A stretch of DNA of 64,000 nt from Pristiophorus japonicus. Taxonomy: Eukaryota. The notes beneath the pieces were generated by a model. It saw nothing but the letters and a program-made list of their open reading frames with translations, was not told the origin of the DNA and made no database searches. Where the stretch lies: NCBI RefSeq assembly GCF_044704955.1, contig NC_091999.1, positions 24,118,001 to 24,182,000 on the forward strand, in the 5' to 3' direction. The position numbers were made by a program, and so were the translations under genes. Positions 1 through 11,717 of the stretch are shown piece after piece (position 1 is the first letter of the stretch; the number at the start of each line of letters is the position of its first letter).

Positions 1-196
1 CCTGCGGCGTAATACTTGTTCGATGGACTGTAATACTGAACCAGCCACTCCAGCCCCTGTCCGGGAACCTGGCGGACCCAGTGCATGTAGCTGCCACCAA
101 GATCGAAGCCGCTGGTTTTACAGGTCAGTCTCAGGGAGACCCCGGGAATCCTGGTCTCTGCCTCGGGCTGAGTCAACACCACATTCGACTGGACAC
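1..196 (-). CDS. IGHV: Immunoglobulin heavy-chain V exon (IgM-type VH), truncated by the window edge
   Basis: After a TTTTTACAG acceptor: (R)[64 protein letters not shown]. Open frame, first Cys and WVRQ-PGQGLEW intact, splices in frame with the leader over a 126-bp intron (197-322); FR1 [23 protein letters not shown] is the elasmobranch IgM VH pattern. Confidence 0.95.
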
Positions 197-322
197 CTGT
201 AAAAATAACCAAAAACCCCGACGATCAATCCTGGTGAAATGATTCCTGACTCTGTAACATTCCAGAGAGAAACTAACACTGACACAGTAACAGTGAGAGA
301 TTGGACAATAAAAACTACTCAC

Positions 323-368
323 GGGAAAAGAAAGCCAGCAACACACTGAGAGAAATCGCCAACCTCAT
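323..368 (-). CDS. IGHV: Immunoglobulin heavy-chain VH leader (signal peptide) exon
   Basis: ATG at 368; encodes MRLAISLSVLLAFFS plus 1 nt, followed by a GTGAGT donor (phase 1); typical shark VH leader. Confidence 0.95.
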
Positions 369-454
369 CCTCCTGTCAATGTGTGGTGAATGGTTCCGGC
401 AAGAACTCAGTGAGCAAACCCACTTCCAGACTGTTGTATTGCGGTCCCAGTGAC

Positions 455-530
455 CGGCAGTTAAATAGCCGGGAGATGGGGGCGAGGTCACAGGCGCCGC
501 CCATTGATTCCCAGATAGGGGCGGTTTCTG
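455..530 (-). promoter_or_regulatory. VH proximal promoter
   Basis: TATTTAA (461-467, minus) ~95 nt upstream of the ATG, CRE-like TGTGACCTCG (483-492), GC boxes (496-502, 518-524); no perfect octamer nearby. Confidence 0.6.
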
Positions 531-1785
531 TATCCACATCACACCTTCCGCATCACGAACAGAACGGACTCACATCTGGACTGTAAGTTAAATCCCTTTA
601 TGTTCTCACTGTTTCAAGGGGGTGTGAATCTCTGAGATTGAATTACATTATCAGGGTCTAAAGACACTGCCATTTTGTGTTTCTCCATCTCCCACTATCT
701 ATCCATGCATCTGTACCAATAAAGTATCGCTTATAATCTGAATTGTTATCACTCTATGTAACCGAATGCGGGAGATGGGTAATGTGATTCTTTTTACGGT
801 GTACGTGGCTAAAGCTACACACTTTTGGTCTGGAGATGAGATCTTGCTCCTCACATTATGCAATTGTCTCTCATTGCATTTCACTAACTGCCCCTGAGTC
901 TGTGACCCTAAGACAGCCGTTTGTAAAATTAGCTGTAAAATAAGTCCGCTTGACTGATGATAAAGGAGTGAGTTGACGGAGACACATAAGCAAATGGGTC
1001 CCGCCCACTTCAGACCTGCGTTTTATGAGAGAAGCTTGTGAATCAGAACCGATAATATGATCAGCAAACCTCGACATTCAAATCCTTGTAGCTAACTTTA
1101 ATAGCGACCGACTGTGTAACAGACACGGGTAACAGGAACTCGGTGTATCAGGACATAGCGGTATGTTACAGAATATCACAGGAGTAAATGCTTCATCTCC
1201 AGCAGAAACAGATCACAATCTGGGCATTTCACCACCCCATGGTAGCCGGGCTATGAGATGGGTTGTTCAGGGATCCAAATCAGCGCAAATTACACCGCAC
1301 ACTGCGCGGCTACTAATCAGGAATAATGGAGACATTAGTTTAGACCAGACGCAAAATTCTGTGAGAATATTAAAGAAGTGCAGCTGGCACTTCTCTGTGA
1401 GAATATTCAAGGCAATTAAACCTGTTTTAGTTACTTTGCGAATCCCACTCATCTTATTACAGTGTGGGGTGAGGCCATTAAACCTCTCTCCAGCACTTCA
1501 TGCTGTACTGAATAAAGTGACTGAATGGTCTAGAATGGTCTTTATTTGGAAATAGTTTTCCTTAGATACCGTGTGGATCAATTCATTATTTTCCGATCTT
1601 ATCTTATAATATGGCGAGCATAGAATTTATGGAAAATCATTCTTGAGATGTTATACCATGTAAAATGCTTCTTATTTTAAAAGTTCGACTGAATAATTTA
1701 ATGTTCAAATAGTTAAATACCATCTTTCTCCCATTCTTGTTCACGCTAATCTGACCCACACAATATTTGGCAGTAACCTAACCGA

Positions 1786-1795
1786 CTGACGTCAG
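1786..1795. promoter_or_regulatory. Perfect palindromic CRE (CTGACGTCAG) 1.4 kb upstream of VH
   Basis: Exact TGACGTCA in unique sequence; function not shown. Confidence 0.3.
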
Positions 1796-2019
1796 CGAGC
1801 CTCGAACATCAGTGTCATTTACAGGAATCATGTGGGGTTCTGTGCAGTCCATCAAAGGTCAGTTTTCTCACTACTGACCGCATGCCTGGAAGCCAACTTC
1901 AAAACCTTCACATTGTAAAAACACCTATTTATACACACATCTACCCAGTAACAGTACTGGAGTTAAGTTTAATTTTTTCGTTGTGTAAATGTGTGTAACT
2001 GTTCCCATATCTCAGGAAA

Positions 2020-2281
2020 GGAAGTATATCCAATGGGATAGAATTGAAAAGTGCAAAAGTTATGCTAAACTTGGTTAGACCACACTTGAAGTACTTTGTA
2101 TAATTGACCCAATTCCCCGCCCTTTCCCCGAAGCACTGCATTTGTTTCCATTCAGATATGTGGATAGTGCAGGGAAGTGCAGTTGAGGTAGAAGATCAGC
2201 CATGATCCCGTTGAATGACAGAGCAGGCTCGAGGAACCGTATGGCCTAATCCTGCTCCCAATTCTTATGTTCTTATGTTCT
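2020..2281 (+). mobile_element. CR1-clade LINE fragment with HER1/HE1-type 3' tail
   Basis: Ends ...ggcctaatcctgctcccaattcttatgttcttatgttc, the tail shared by many LINE copies in this window. Confidence 0.75.
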
Positions 2282-2389
2282 GATTTTCTCGTAAATATGG
2301 ACATTACATACTCAATCTCTCCTCACAGGACAGCACCACCCTCCACCCCCGCACCCCCTCCACCCCCGCTGCCGTCCCAGGAATCAGGT

Positions 2390-3110
2390 CAGTCTGATGA
2401 ACCTTCGATGCACTCTCTCCAAAGCAAGTGTATCCTTCCTTCGGTAAGGAGTACACAACTGTACACAATATACTAGGTGTAGTCTCAGCAGGGCCCTATA
2501 TATGTGCATGAAGGCTTCTTTGCTCTAATACTCCAATCCCTTTGCAATAAAATGTTGCTTACCAGTTGCGTTCCTAATTGATCACTTTGGCTCTATTTTA
2601 GCTTTCTGTGATTCGTGTACAAGGCCATCCAGCTCTTTCTGAATAACAACATTACCCAGTTTCTCAGCATTCAAAAAATATTCTGTGCTTCTATTTGTCC
2701 TACAAAGGTGCGTAGCTTCACACTTCTCCACATTATACTCAAGCTGTCATGTTCTTGCCCGCTCACTTAACCTGTCAATATCCCTTTGCAGCCTCCTTAC
2801 TCCTTCCTCACTGTTTACTGTACCACCTAACTTTGTATTGTACAGTACGATAATTTAAGTCATTTTCTATACACGTGTAGAAGCTCTAACAATCTGTTTT
2901 TAGGTTTTTGATAGCTTATTTAATTTTATATTTTCTCCCATATTCTCAGTTGCATGTGCATCTTTTGCAGAATTCTAAAATCTTCCCAATTGTTGGGCTT
3001 ACTACTCTTTTTGTCAACATTCTAAGCCTGTTCATTTAATCCACTACTATCTTTAACTTCCCTTGTTAGCCATGGTTGCACCATTTTTCCTGTGAGGTTT
3101 TTATTCATTA
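2390..3110 (-). mobile_element. Degenerate CR1 LINE ORF2 fragments
   Basis: Reverse complement matches the RT C-terminal region of other LINE copies (e.g. 21873-22380). Confidence 0.7.
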
Positions 3111-3504
3111 TGGAAGTTTATCTAATCTGACGGCTCTGTGTGATGGGCTGAAGGTGAATTTGCAACACTAATTTGGATATTCCGCCCTTGATACTTCCTG
3201 ATCATCTGCTCTAAAAAAAATCCTCTGGGTAAACGTTCAAGCAAGTTGTTGTGGTTGGAATTATGAATCATGTTTAAATAAGCTCTGGGGCTTGCAGTAG
3301 ATATCGTTTATCAGAAGGTGGCGACAGTGATCATATTGATACATCAGTCATGTGGAGACGGATGCTGCTGAGCATTTCAGTCACCGTCTGCATTGTCAAA
3401 ACAAGTAAAACAATATAATTAATGCTTCTCATTCAGTCAAATTTGAAAGGAGCATGTATCCTTAGAAATAATCTGAAGGGCAAATAAAGATTGCATTTAT
3501 TTCA

Positions 3505-3880
3505 ATCCACATTTTAGGAAGATTGTCGGGCTCTTGCCGAGGATGCAGAGGAGATTGCTACAAGGCAGAGGGAGTTCAGTTATGTGGAGACGAGAGAGGA
3601 TGGGATTATTCTTATTATAGCAGGGAATGCTTCGTGGGGAATTAAAATTGTGAAGGGGTTTCATAGAGTTGATATTAAGGTAGGGTTTCAATCGGCAGGT
3701 CTATCGGTAACCAGAGGACAAATATTGAGATGATTGATAAAATAAATTAAAGACGGGAGATAAGGAGATTTTTTATGCAGCGAGTTGTAATAACTGGAAT
3801 GTAGTGCTTGAAAGGGTTATGGCAGCAGATTCAAACATAACTTTCAAATATGGAAATCAATATAAATTTGAAAAGGATAG
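3505..3880 (+). mobile_element. Degenerate CR1 LINE 3' fragment
   Basis: ccacattttaggaag...gagttgtaataactggaatg pattern matches the LINE 3' region seen repeatedly. Confidence 0.7.
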
Positions 3881-3884
3881 ATGC

Positions 3885-4822
3885 TCTGGTGTAATAAAAT
3901 GAGAGACAGTGTCGAGGATAATATAAACAGAGACAGTGCCTGGCGTAATATAAAAAGAGACAGGGTCTCGTGTAATATAAACTGAGACAGAATCTACTGT
4001 AATATAAACAGAGACAGGGTCGAGTGTAATATAAACAGGGATAGTGTCTGGAAGAATATAAAGAGAGACAGGGTCTAGTGTAATATAAACAGAGACAGGG
4101 TCCAGTTTAATATAAACAGAGACAGGGTCTAATGTAATATAAACAGGGATAGTGTCTGGAAGAATATAAACAGAGACAGAGTCTACTGTAATATAATAAG
4201 AGACAGGGTCTAGTTTAATATAAAAAAGACAGGGTCTAATGTAATGTAAACAGAGACAGGGTCTAGTTTAATATACACAGAGACAGGTTCGAGTAATGTA
4301 AACAGAGACAGGGTCTAGTGTAATATAAACAGAGATAGGTTATAATTTAATATAAACAGAGACACGGTCCAGTGTAATGTAAACAGAGACACGGTCTCGT
4401 GCAATATAAACAGAGACACGGTTTCGTGTAATATAAACAGAGACAGGGTCTAGTGTAATATAAACTGGGACAGGGTCTAATGTAGTATAAACAGGGACAG
4501 GGTCTAGTGTAATATAAAAAGAGACTGGGTCTAGTACAATATAAACAGAGACAGGGTCTTGTGTAATATATACAGAGACAGGGACTTGGGTAATATAAAC
4601 AGAGACAGGGTCTAGTGTAATATAAACTGGGACAGGGTCTAGTGTAATATAAACAGGGACAGGGTCTAGTGTAATATAAACAGAGACAGAGTCTAGTGTA
4701 ATATAAACAGAGACAGGGTCTTGTGTAATATAAACAGAGACAGGGACTCGGGTAATAAGTGTAATATAAACAGGGACAGAGTCTCGTGTAATATAAACAG
4801 AGACAGGGTCCAGTGTAATATT
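3885..4822 (-). repeat. 27-bp minisatellite array, inverted orientation
   Basis: Tandem TAGTGTAATATAAACAGAGACAGGGTC units; source of the 9-aa periodic ORFs (DPVSVYITL / CLCLYYTRP). Confidence 0.95.
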
Positions 4823-4943
4823 GGATAGAAGTACAGATAGATGGATAGAAGTACGAATCGACGGACGGACGGACGGACAGACGGATGGACCGACCAACCG
4901 AACGACAAACAGACAGACAGACAGATAGACAGTCAGACAGACA
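4823..4943. repeat. GATA/GGAC/GACA tetranucleotide microsatellite
   Basis: Direct reading; lies at the centre of two oppositely oriented 27-bp arrays. Confidence 0.9.
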
Positions 4944-4974
4944 TGAAGATTTGCATGGCTGGAATGTTGCTATC

Positions 4975-5940
4975 AAATTACTCTTGACATTCTCTATGTT
5001 TAAATTACTCTAGACCCTGTTTAATTATAACTGCACTGACCATCTCTCGATTCAGATTGCCCAAGGCCCTGTCTCAGCTATTCCCGCACTCGTCTCAAGA
5101 TCTATTTTATTATTGTAGATCCTGTCTCAGTTACACTGCACTAGACATGGTCTCTGTTTTTATTATGCTAGGCTCTGTATCAGTTATCACATTTCTAGAC
5201 CCTCCGTTATAATACATTAGAACCTGTCTCAGTTACTGCTGAACTAGACGCTGTCTCTGTTTATATTACCGTACACCCTGTTTCTGTCAATATTTGAGTA
5301 GTCCCTGTCTCTCCTTATATTACACTAGACACTGTTTCAGTTTATATTGCACTAGAAAATGTCAATGTTTCTAATACAATAGATCATGTATTAGTTATTA
5401 TTAAAGCACGATATCCTTTATTATATTATGTTAGACATTCTCACTCTTTATATTATACTATCTCCTGTCTCTTTATAATAGATTGGTAGATTGGTCCTTT
5501 CTCTGTTTATATTACACTAGACCTTGTCTCTATTTATATTGCACTGGACCCTGTCTCTATTAATATTGCACCCGACCCTGTATCTGTTTCTATTATACTA
5601 GACCCTGTTTTTTTTATATTACACTAGACACTGTCTCTGTTTATATTACACTAGATACTGTCTCTGTTTATATTACACTAGACCCTGTATTTTTTATACT
5701 ACATTAGACCCTGTCTCTGTTTATATTACACGAGACCCTGTATTTTCTATATTACACTAGACACGGTCTCTGTTTATATTAGACTAATCCCTGTCTATGT
5801 TTATGTTACGCTAGACACTGCCTCTCTTTATATTACACTACACGCTGTGTCTGTTTATTTTGCACTGGACCTTGTCACTATATCCTCACTCTGTCTATGT
5901 TACAATTGGACCTGTCTCGGTTATTACTGCACTGGACCGT
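4975..5940 (+). repeat. 27-bp minisatellite array (GACCCTGTCTCTGTTTATATTACACTA)
   Basis: Tandem units, degenerate on the left and homogeneous on the right. Confidence 0.95.
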
Positions 5941-5959
5941 GGGGTATAGATGTGTCTAT

Positions 5960-6180
5960 ATAGGTCAAATCGACCAATCCGTGTGGCTGAGGGTCAGAGG
6001 TCGCACTGATTTAGCAATGGCGACAAAGTCACGTTGATGACGCTGCATTGTTCTGAACAATGACGTCGCCCATTGTTTACGTGTTGCTGACGTGTTGATG
6101 TCAAACAGGTAAAAACGAAATGCAATATACAGGAAGTTGCACTGATAATACAATTTTTCTGGGATAGTGATGTCACACTG
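5960..6180. promoter_or_regulatory. CpG-retaining cluster of CRE-like and ETS motifs (candidate enhancer)
   Basis: TGACG 6038, TGACGTCG 6061, TGACGT 6088, TGATGTCA 6096, CAGGAAGT 6130, AGTGATGTCA 6166. Confidence 0.35.
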
Positions 6181-6512
6181 TGCCATCAAACATTCCCAGG
6201 GCAGGTACAGCGCGGATCTATGCAGAGAAAAGCTCCCTTGATGCTGTACCATCAAACACTCCCAGCTGAGGTACAGCACGATTCGAGAAACAGTAAACGT
6301 CCCTCAACACCGTCACATCAAACACTCCCAGGCAGGTACAGCACGGTTTAGATAGAGAGTAAAGCTTGATCTACACCGTCCCATCAAACTCTCCCAGGGC
6401 ACGTACAGCACTGGTCTATACAGAGTAAAGCTCCCTCCACACTGTCCCAGCAAACACTCCCAGGGCAGATATAGCACGGGTTAGCTACAGAGTAAAGCCC
6501 CCTCTAAACCGT
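6176..6512 (+). repeat. 67-bp satellite (CCCAGGGCAGGTACAGCACGGGTTAGATACAGAGTAAAGCTCCCTCTACACTGTCCCATCAAACACT)
   Basis: About 5 tandem units; further arrays at ~10700-10840, 26930-27212, 37500-37840, 45690-45966, 60146-60348. Confidence 0.9.
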
Positions 6513-6539
6513 GCCCTGTTCCTAATTCTTATGTTCTTA

Positions 6540-7903
6540 TGTACACTACACCCTGTCTCTGTTTATGTTACACTAGGCCCTTTCTCTGTTTACAGTACAT
6601 TCGACCATGTCCCTGTTCATATTACACTCGAATCTGTCTCTGCTTATATTAAATTAGACCCTGTCTTTGTTTAATGGCCTCTAGGCCCTGACTCAGTTAT
6701 CATTCTGCTAAACCATGTTTCTCTTTACATTACATTCAACGGTATCTCTGTCTATATAAAGTAGGGCCCTGTCTTAGTTGTTCCTGCACTAGATCCTGCC
6801 TTTTTTTATATATTACTCTCGCCAATGTCTCTGTTTATATAACACTAGACCCTGTCTCTGTTTATATATTAGACTAGACCTGTCTCTATTTATATTACAC
6901 TAGGCCTTGCCTATATTTATATTACACAGACCCTGTCTCTGTTTATATTGCACTCGACCCTCTTGCTGTTTAAATTACACTGGACGTTGTCACTGTTTAT
7001 ATAATACCAGACGCTGTCACTGTTTATATTGCACTAGATCCTGTCCCCATCTACAAAAGAACGTAGACAAAAAGCAGTAAACTATAGACGAGTTTGTCTA
7101 AAATCTGTCGTTGGGAAAATGCTGGAGTCTAAGGATCAGTAACGGGACAATTACAAAAGCATAATTCAATCAGGCAGAGTCTGCATGGTTTTATGAAAGG
7201 GAAATCATGTTTGACAAATTTGATGGATTTCTTTAAGTAAGGATGTAACGAGCTGGGTGGATGAAGTAGATTGGTAGATTGGTCCTGTCTCTGTTTATAT
7301 TACACTAGACCACGTCTCCATTTATATTACACTAGACCCTCTCTCTGTTTATATTTCACTAGATCCTGTCACTGTTTATATTACACTAGACCATGTCCCT
7401 GTTTATATTACACGAGGCAATGTATCTGTTTATATTGCACTAGACACTGCCTCTGTTTATATTCCACTAGACCCTGTCTCTGTTTATATTACACTAGGCC
7501 CTGTTGCTGTTTATATTACATTAGACCGTGTCTCGGTTTACATTACACTCGATCCTGTCTCGGTTTATAATACAATAGACCCTGTCTCAGATTATTTTAC
7601 ACTAGGCTCTGTCCCTGTTTACGTTATGTTAGGCCTGTCTCTCTTTATGTTATACTAGACCTTGTCTATTTTCATATTACACTAGACCCTGTCTTTGTTT
7701 ATATTACACTAGACCCTGGCCCTGTTTATATTGCACTCGACCCTGTCTCTGTTTATATTACACAAGGCCCTGTCCTTGTTTATATTACACTAGACCCTGC
7801 TGCTGTTTACATTAAACTAGGCTCTGTCCCTGCTTATATTACGTTATACCTTGGCTCTCTTTATATTGCACTAGACCCTGTCTATGTAATATTACATTCG
7901 ACT
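6540..7903 (+). repeat. 27-bp minisatellite array interrupted by a CR1 fragment (~7050-7265)
   Basis: Tandem units; the insert encodes ..HGFMKGKSCLTNL.. Confidence 0.9.
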
Positions 7904-8899
7904 CTGTGAGGATGCAATACTTTTTTTGGTTTGAAGTATATGTTTAGTTTTGTTAACAGCTATCAAGAGCTGTCTGCAATTTCTGCTTGATTTGGTATTG
8001 TTTCGTTAATATTTGTGTTGAGAAGATGTTGTGAATGTTGCAACAATGTCCAAGAGGTGGACTGGGATTGAGGGACAGGAGTGAAGGTGTGCAATAGTGC
8101 ACTGCACTTTGTACTACTTAGTGGCACTCTGTGTGTTAAAGGTTACTAATTTGCACGCGTGTTGTCCTGTGCCAATTACTCCAAGTTCTTTAATGTTAAG
8201 GATTGTTTTTCCTGCAGTATTTGCTAGTTCGCTGTCACGTGACCCACTGATTATGTCAGACAGAGCCTGGAAACTTGACCTAACAGCACTGCCGGATGGG
8301 CGGCCGCGTGGTCCTAATATCCACCTGAAAGAATTCTCTCATCTCGTTAAGATGAACAACTGAAAAGAGCACACACAAAGTTTTTCCTATATGTGTATGT
8401 GTATGTGTATGTGTGTGTGTACAAAACACATCATTCATTATGTGTGCATTACACAAAGATAAATGATTAGCTTCAACCATTATTTTTCAGCATTTTATTG
8501 TATTCAAAATGCAATTGCATGTCGTTTAATAACTTTAAAATTTATTGATAACCCATTGTCCTGTATGCTCTTGTTTAGAAAGTGATGTCACACTGACCAT
8601 TCCGTTACCAAGGTGACCATGTCTGTCGTTGTATTCAGTGGGAAAGGGGATTAAATCCCACCGAGTATAATGAGCAGCCCCCCGCTTTATTGTCTAGTGA
8701 TAACCTCACCGTCACACAGAAGTTCCTGAGATTTACCTCTATTGTGGATGATTAGTGTAAGTGTTGGTAAAAATGAAAATGCACCTGTACCTGGCATGAG
8801 GTTAATAAATCTGTAATTGTCTGATGTGTTGTTTCGCTCGTTACACCAGACCCCGTCGCAGTTTTTACTGCACCAATACACAGTCTCAGTTTATATGGT

Positions 8900-9940
8900 T
8901 GATGTGGTCCACTTCCAAAAAGCGTTGGATAAAGTGTCTTGATAATATCCTTGCCAGCAAAGTTGAAGCCCATAAAATAAAAAGAACAGTGGCAGCATGG
9001 ATATGAAATTGGCTGAGTGACAGGAATCAGAGAGTAGTGTTTTTATTTGGACTGGAGGAAGGTATACAGTGGTGTTCCGCAGCGGTTGGTAATTGGAACT
9101 CTGCTTATCTTGATTTATATTCATGATGTAGATGTTGGTGTACGGGGCACAATTTAAAATGTCATATCATTCATGGCTTGGAAGCATAGTGAACAGTGAG
9201 GAGGATAGTGCTGACTGCAAGAGGACATAGATATTCTGGTGGAATGGGTGGACACGTGGCAAATGAAACGGAGAAAATTTTCAAGTGATACATTTTTGTA
9301 GCATGAACGCGGAGAGGGAAAATAAACGAAAGAGTACAATTCTAAAAGGTGTGATGAACAGAGAAACCTGGGGGTATGTTTGCACAAATTATCGAAGATG
9401 GCAGGAAAGGTTGAGAAATTGTTTTAAAAGCATACGGAATCCTGGGCTTCATAAATAGAGGCATAGAATACAAAAGGACGGAAATTCTGGACACCATACT
9501 TTAGCAAGGATGTGAAGCTCTTCCAGAGGGGGCAGAAAAGATTGACGTGTTGTTCCAGGGATAAGACACTTCCGTTGTGTGGATAGATGGAGAAGCTGGG
9601 ATTGTTTGCCCTAGAGCAGAGAAGGTTGTGATCAGATTTGAGAGAGGTGTTCAGAATCAAAAGGGGTCGAGACAGAGTAGCTGGAGAGAAACTGTTCCCA
9701 TGAGGAAAACGTTTTTACACAGCTAGAGGTTAGGATCTGTAATGCACTGCCTGAAAGGGTGGCAGAGGATGTGTCATTCATGGCATTACAAAGGGAATTC
9801 GATAAGTACCTCAATTAAGAAAATTCACAGAGCTATGGGAAAGGGCGGGCGAGTGGACTAGCTGAAATACTCTTGCAGAGAGCGGCACGGGCTATATGGG
9901 CCAAATGGCCCTCTTCTGTGTTGTAACCATTCTATGATTC
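8900..9940 (+). mobile_element. Old CR1 LINE 3' portion shared by all unit copies
   Basis: Degenerate RT motifs (DFQKAFDKV, GVPQ..VLG, KFADDTK); paralogues at ~24720-25606, 35450-36585, 43720-44880, 58225-59385. Confidence 0.85.
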
Positions 9941-10009
9941 AATAATACACCAGGACCTGTCTCAGTTATTATTACACTAGACCCTATTCCTGTTTATATT
10001 ACTCCATTC

Positions 10010-10405
10010 ACCACATTAAATATTCGCTACCTCCACCACCGGCGCACTATGTCTGCAGTGAGCACTATCTACAAGATGCATTGCAGCAACTCGCCAAGAC
10101 TTCTTCGACAGCACTTTCCAAACCTACGACCTTTTCTAGCTAGAAGGACAAGAGCTCCGGGCTCATGGGAGCACCATCACCTCCACATAACCCTCCAAAT
10201 CACACACCATCTTAACTTGGAAAGTTATTACCGATCTTTCATAATCGCTGGGTCAAATTCGTGGAACACCCTCCCGTACACTGTGGGAGTACCTTCACCA
10301 CACGGGCTGCAGCGGTTCAAGGTGGCAGTTCACCACATGCTTTTCAAGGCCAATTAGGGATAGACAATCAATGTTGGCCTTGCCAGCGACACCTACACCC
10401 ACATG
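10010..10405 (+). mobile_element. 3' end of a second ancient non-LTR retrotransposon (CR1/L2 group)
   Basis: Encodes HHRR..AV..IYKMHCSNSPRLLRQH..RSFI..GS.SWN.LP..GLQRFK..HH.L, resembling an ORF2 C-terminus; paralogues ~26235-26635, 36650-37025, 44945-45345, 59450-59845. Confidence 0.7.
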
Positions 10406-11717
10406 CCAGCGACCAATAAACAATGTCCCAGTATCATTACTTACAGCACGAGCCACTACTTCAGTTATTATTGCACTAGAAACACTAATATTGTATTAGG
10501 CCCTGTTTCAGATATTACTGGAGTATGCCATGCCTTTGTTGCTATTACTGAAGACCCTGTCTCTGCTTATAGTAAACTAGACAAATACACTCTTTATATT
10601 ACACGAGCCCAATTCTTTCATAATAATAAACTAGACCATGCCTCTGTTTCTATTAAATTAGACCCTGTCTCAGTTAATTACTGCACTAAACTATGTAACT
10701 TACAGGGCAGGTACAGCATGTATCAGATACAGAGTAAAGCTGTCTCTACACAGTCCCATCAAAAACGCCCAGAGCTGGTAAAGCACGGGTTGGATAGTGT
10801 TTAAAGATCCCTCCACATTGTCCCATCAAAAACTGCCAGATAATTAAATGCACATGTCACATTTTGGATGAAAGCTCCTTCTGCGCTTCTGATCAATTTG
10901 GTTCGAGGCATATGATTAGGGCTCAAGGAAAACGTTTGTTGGATGTTGACATCTAGTTGTGGGGAAAAGCCAATTATCCATTCTTGAGAGACAAGACGGA
11001 AAGTGGAAATAGGAGAGGGAGAGGATACAGGAAGTCTCCACTGACACATTTGTGATGTCACTATATACGGTGATTAGAATCTTTCCCCTTTCTGTCCGTG
11101 GGGATCATCTTTACTTTATTCACCTATAATTTAGAGAAATGTATCAAAAAACAGTTGTTGCTGGAATCTGTTGAGAGATTTGCATTTCTCCCTATCTTTA
11201 TTTCTGTGCTGTGTTGGTGGGGAAACATTTATTGTCTTTCTGTCGCTCAATACTCTAATCTGAGACTGCTATTTCTGTGTTTATTTACATAAACGCCTCA
11301 CTGGTTCCGATGAAATATTCATGGCAGCAAAATAAGATAAACAGACTCACTTATTGATTCTTTTCAACTCACAACAAGGGCTTATTTTAAGAATATTGAT
11401 AGTTGGTACACAAAATTATACATATCTCGAACAATGACGTTGGCTTTCGTTTTGTTCAATTAGAACAGATGTGATTTATATGAAAGGAAATAAATTTAAA
11501 AATGAATAATTCAGTTCTGAAAGTTCTGCTGCCAAACTCAGTGGAACACCTCTGAACAGGCTGCTATTCCACTGGATCTCCATTTAGTGGAATACTTAAT
11601 CCATTGAAACTTAATACGTTAAAGCAGTGAGCAGAGGAGTGTCGGACAATCACAGTAATATCTGAGCTTTTCACATATCACAACATGTATTTTCCAATGT
11701 TGACATTTAGAAACACC

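Noticed and set aside
315-542. 75-aa ORF in the track
   Set aside because: Only the last part (from the ATG at 368) is the real VH leader; the rest is promoter/UTR read-through
1163-1555. 130-aa ORF upstream of VH
   Set aside because: No recognisable domain or splice context
3885-7903. Regular short repeats resembling a CRISPR array
   Set aside because: Units are contiguous with no unique spacers, there are no cas genes, and the context is eukaryotic
8097-8363. Plus-strand 88-aa ORF over block X (also 42777 onward)
   Set aside because: No ATG start; interrupted by stops in copies 3 and 5
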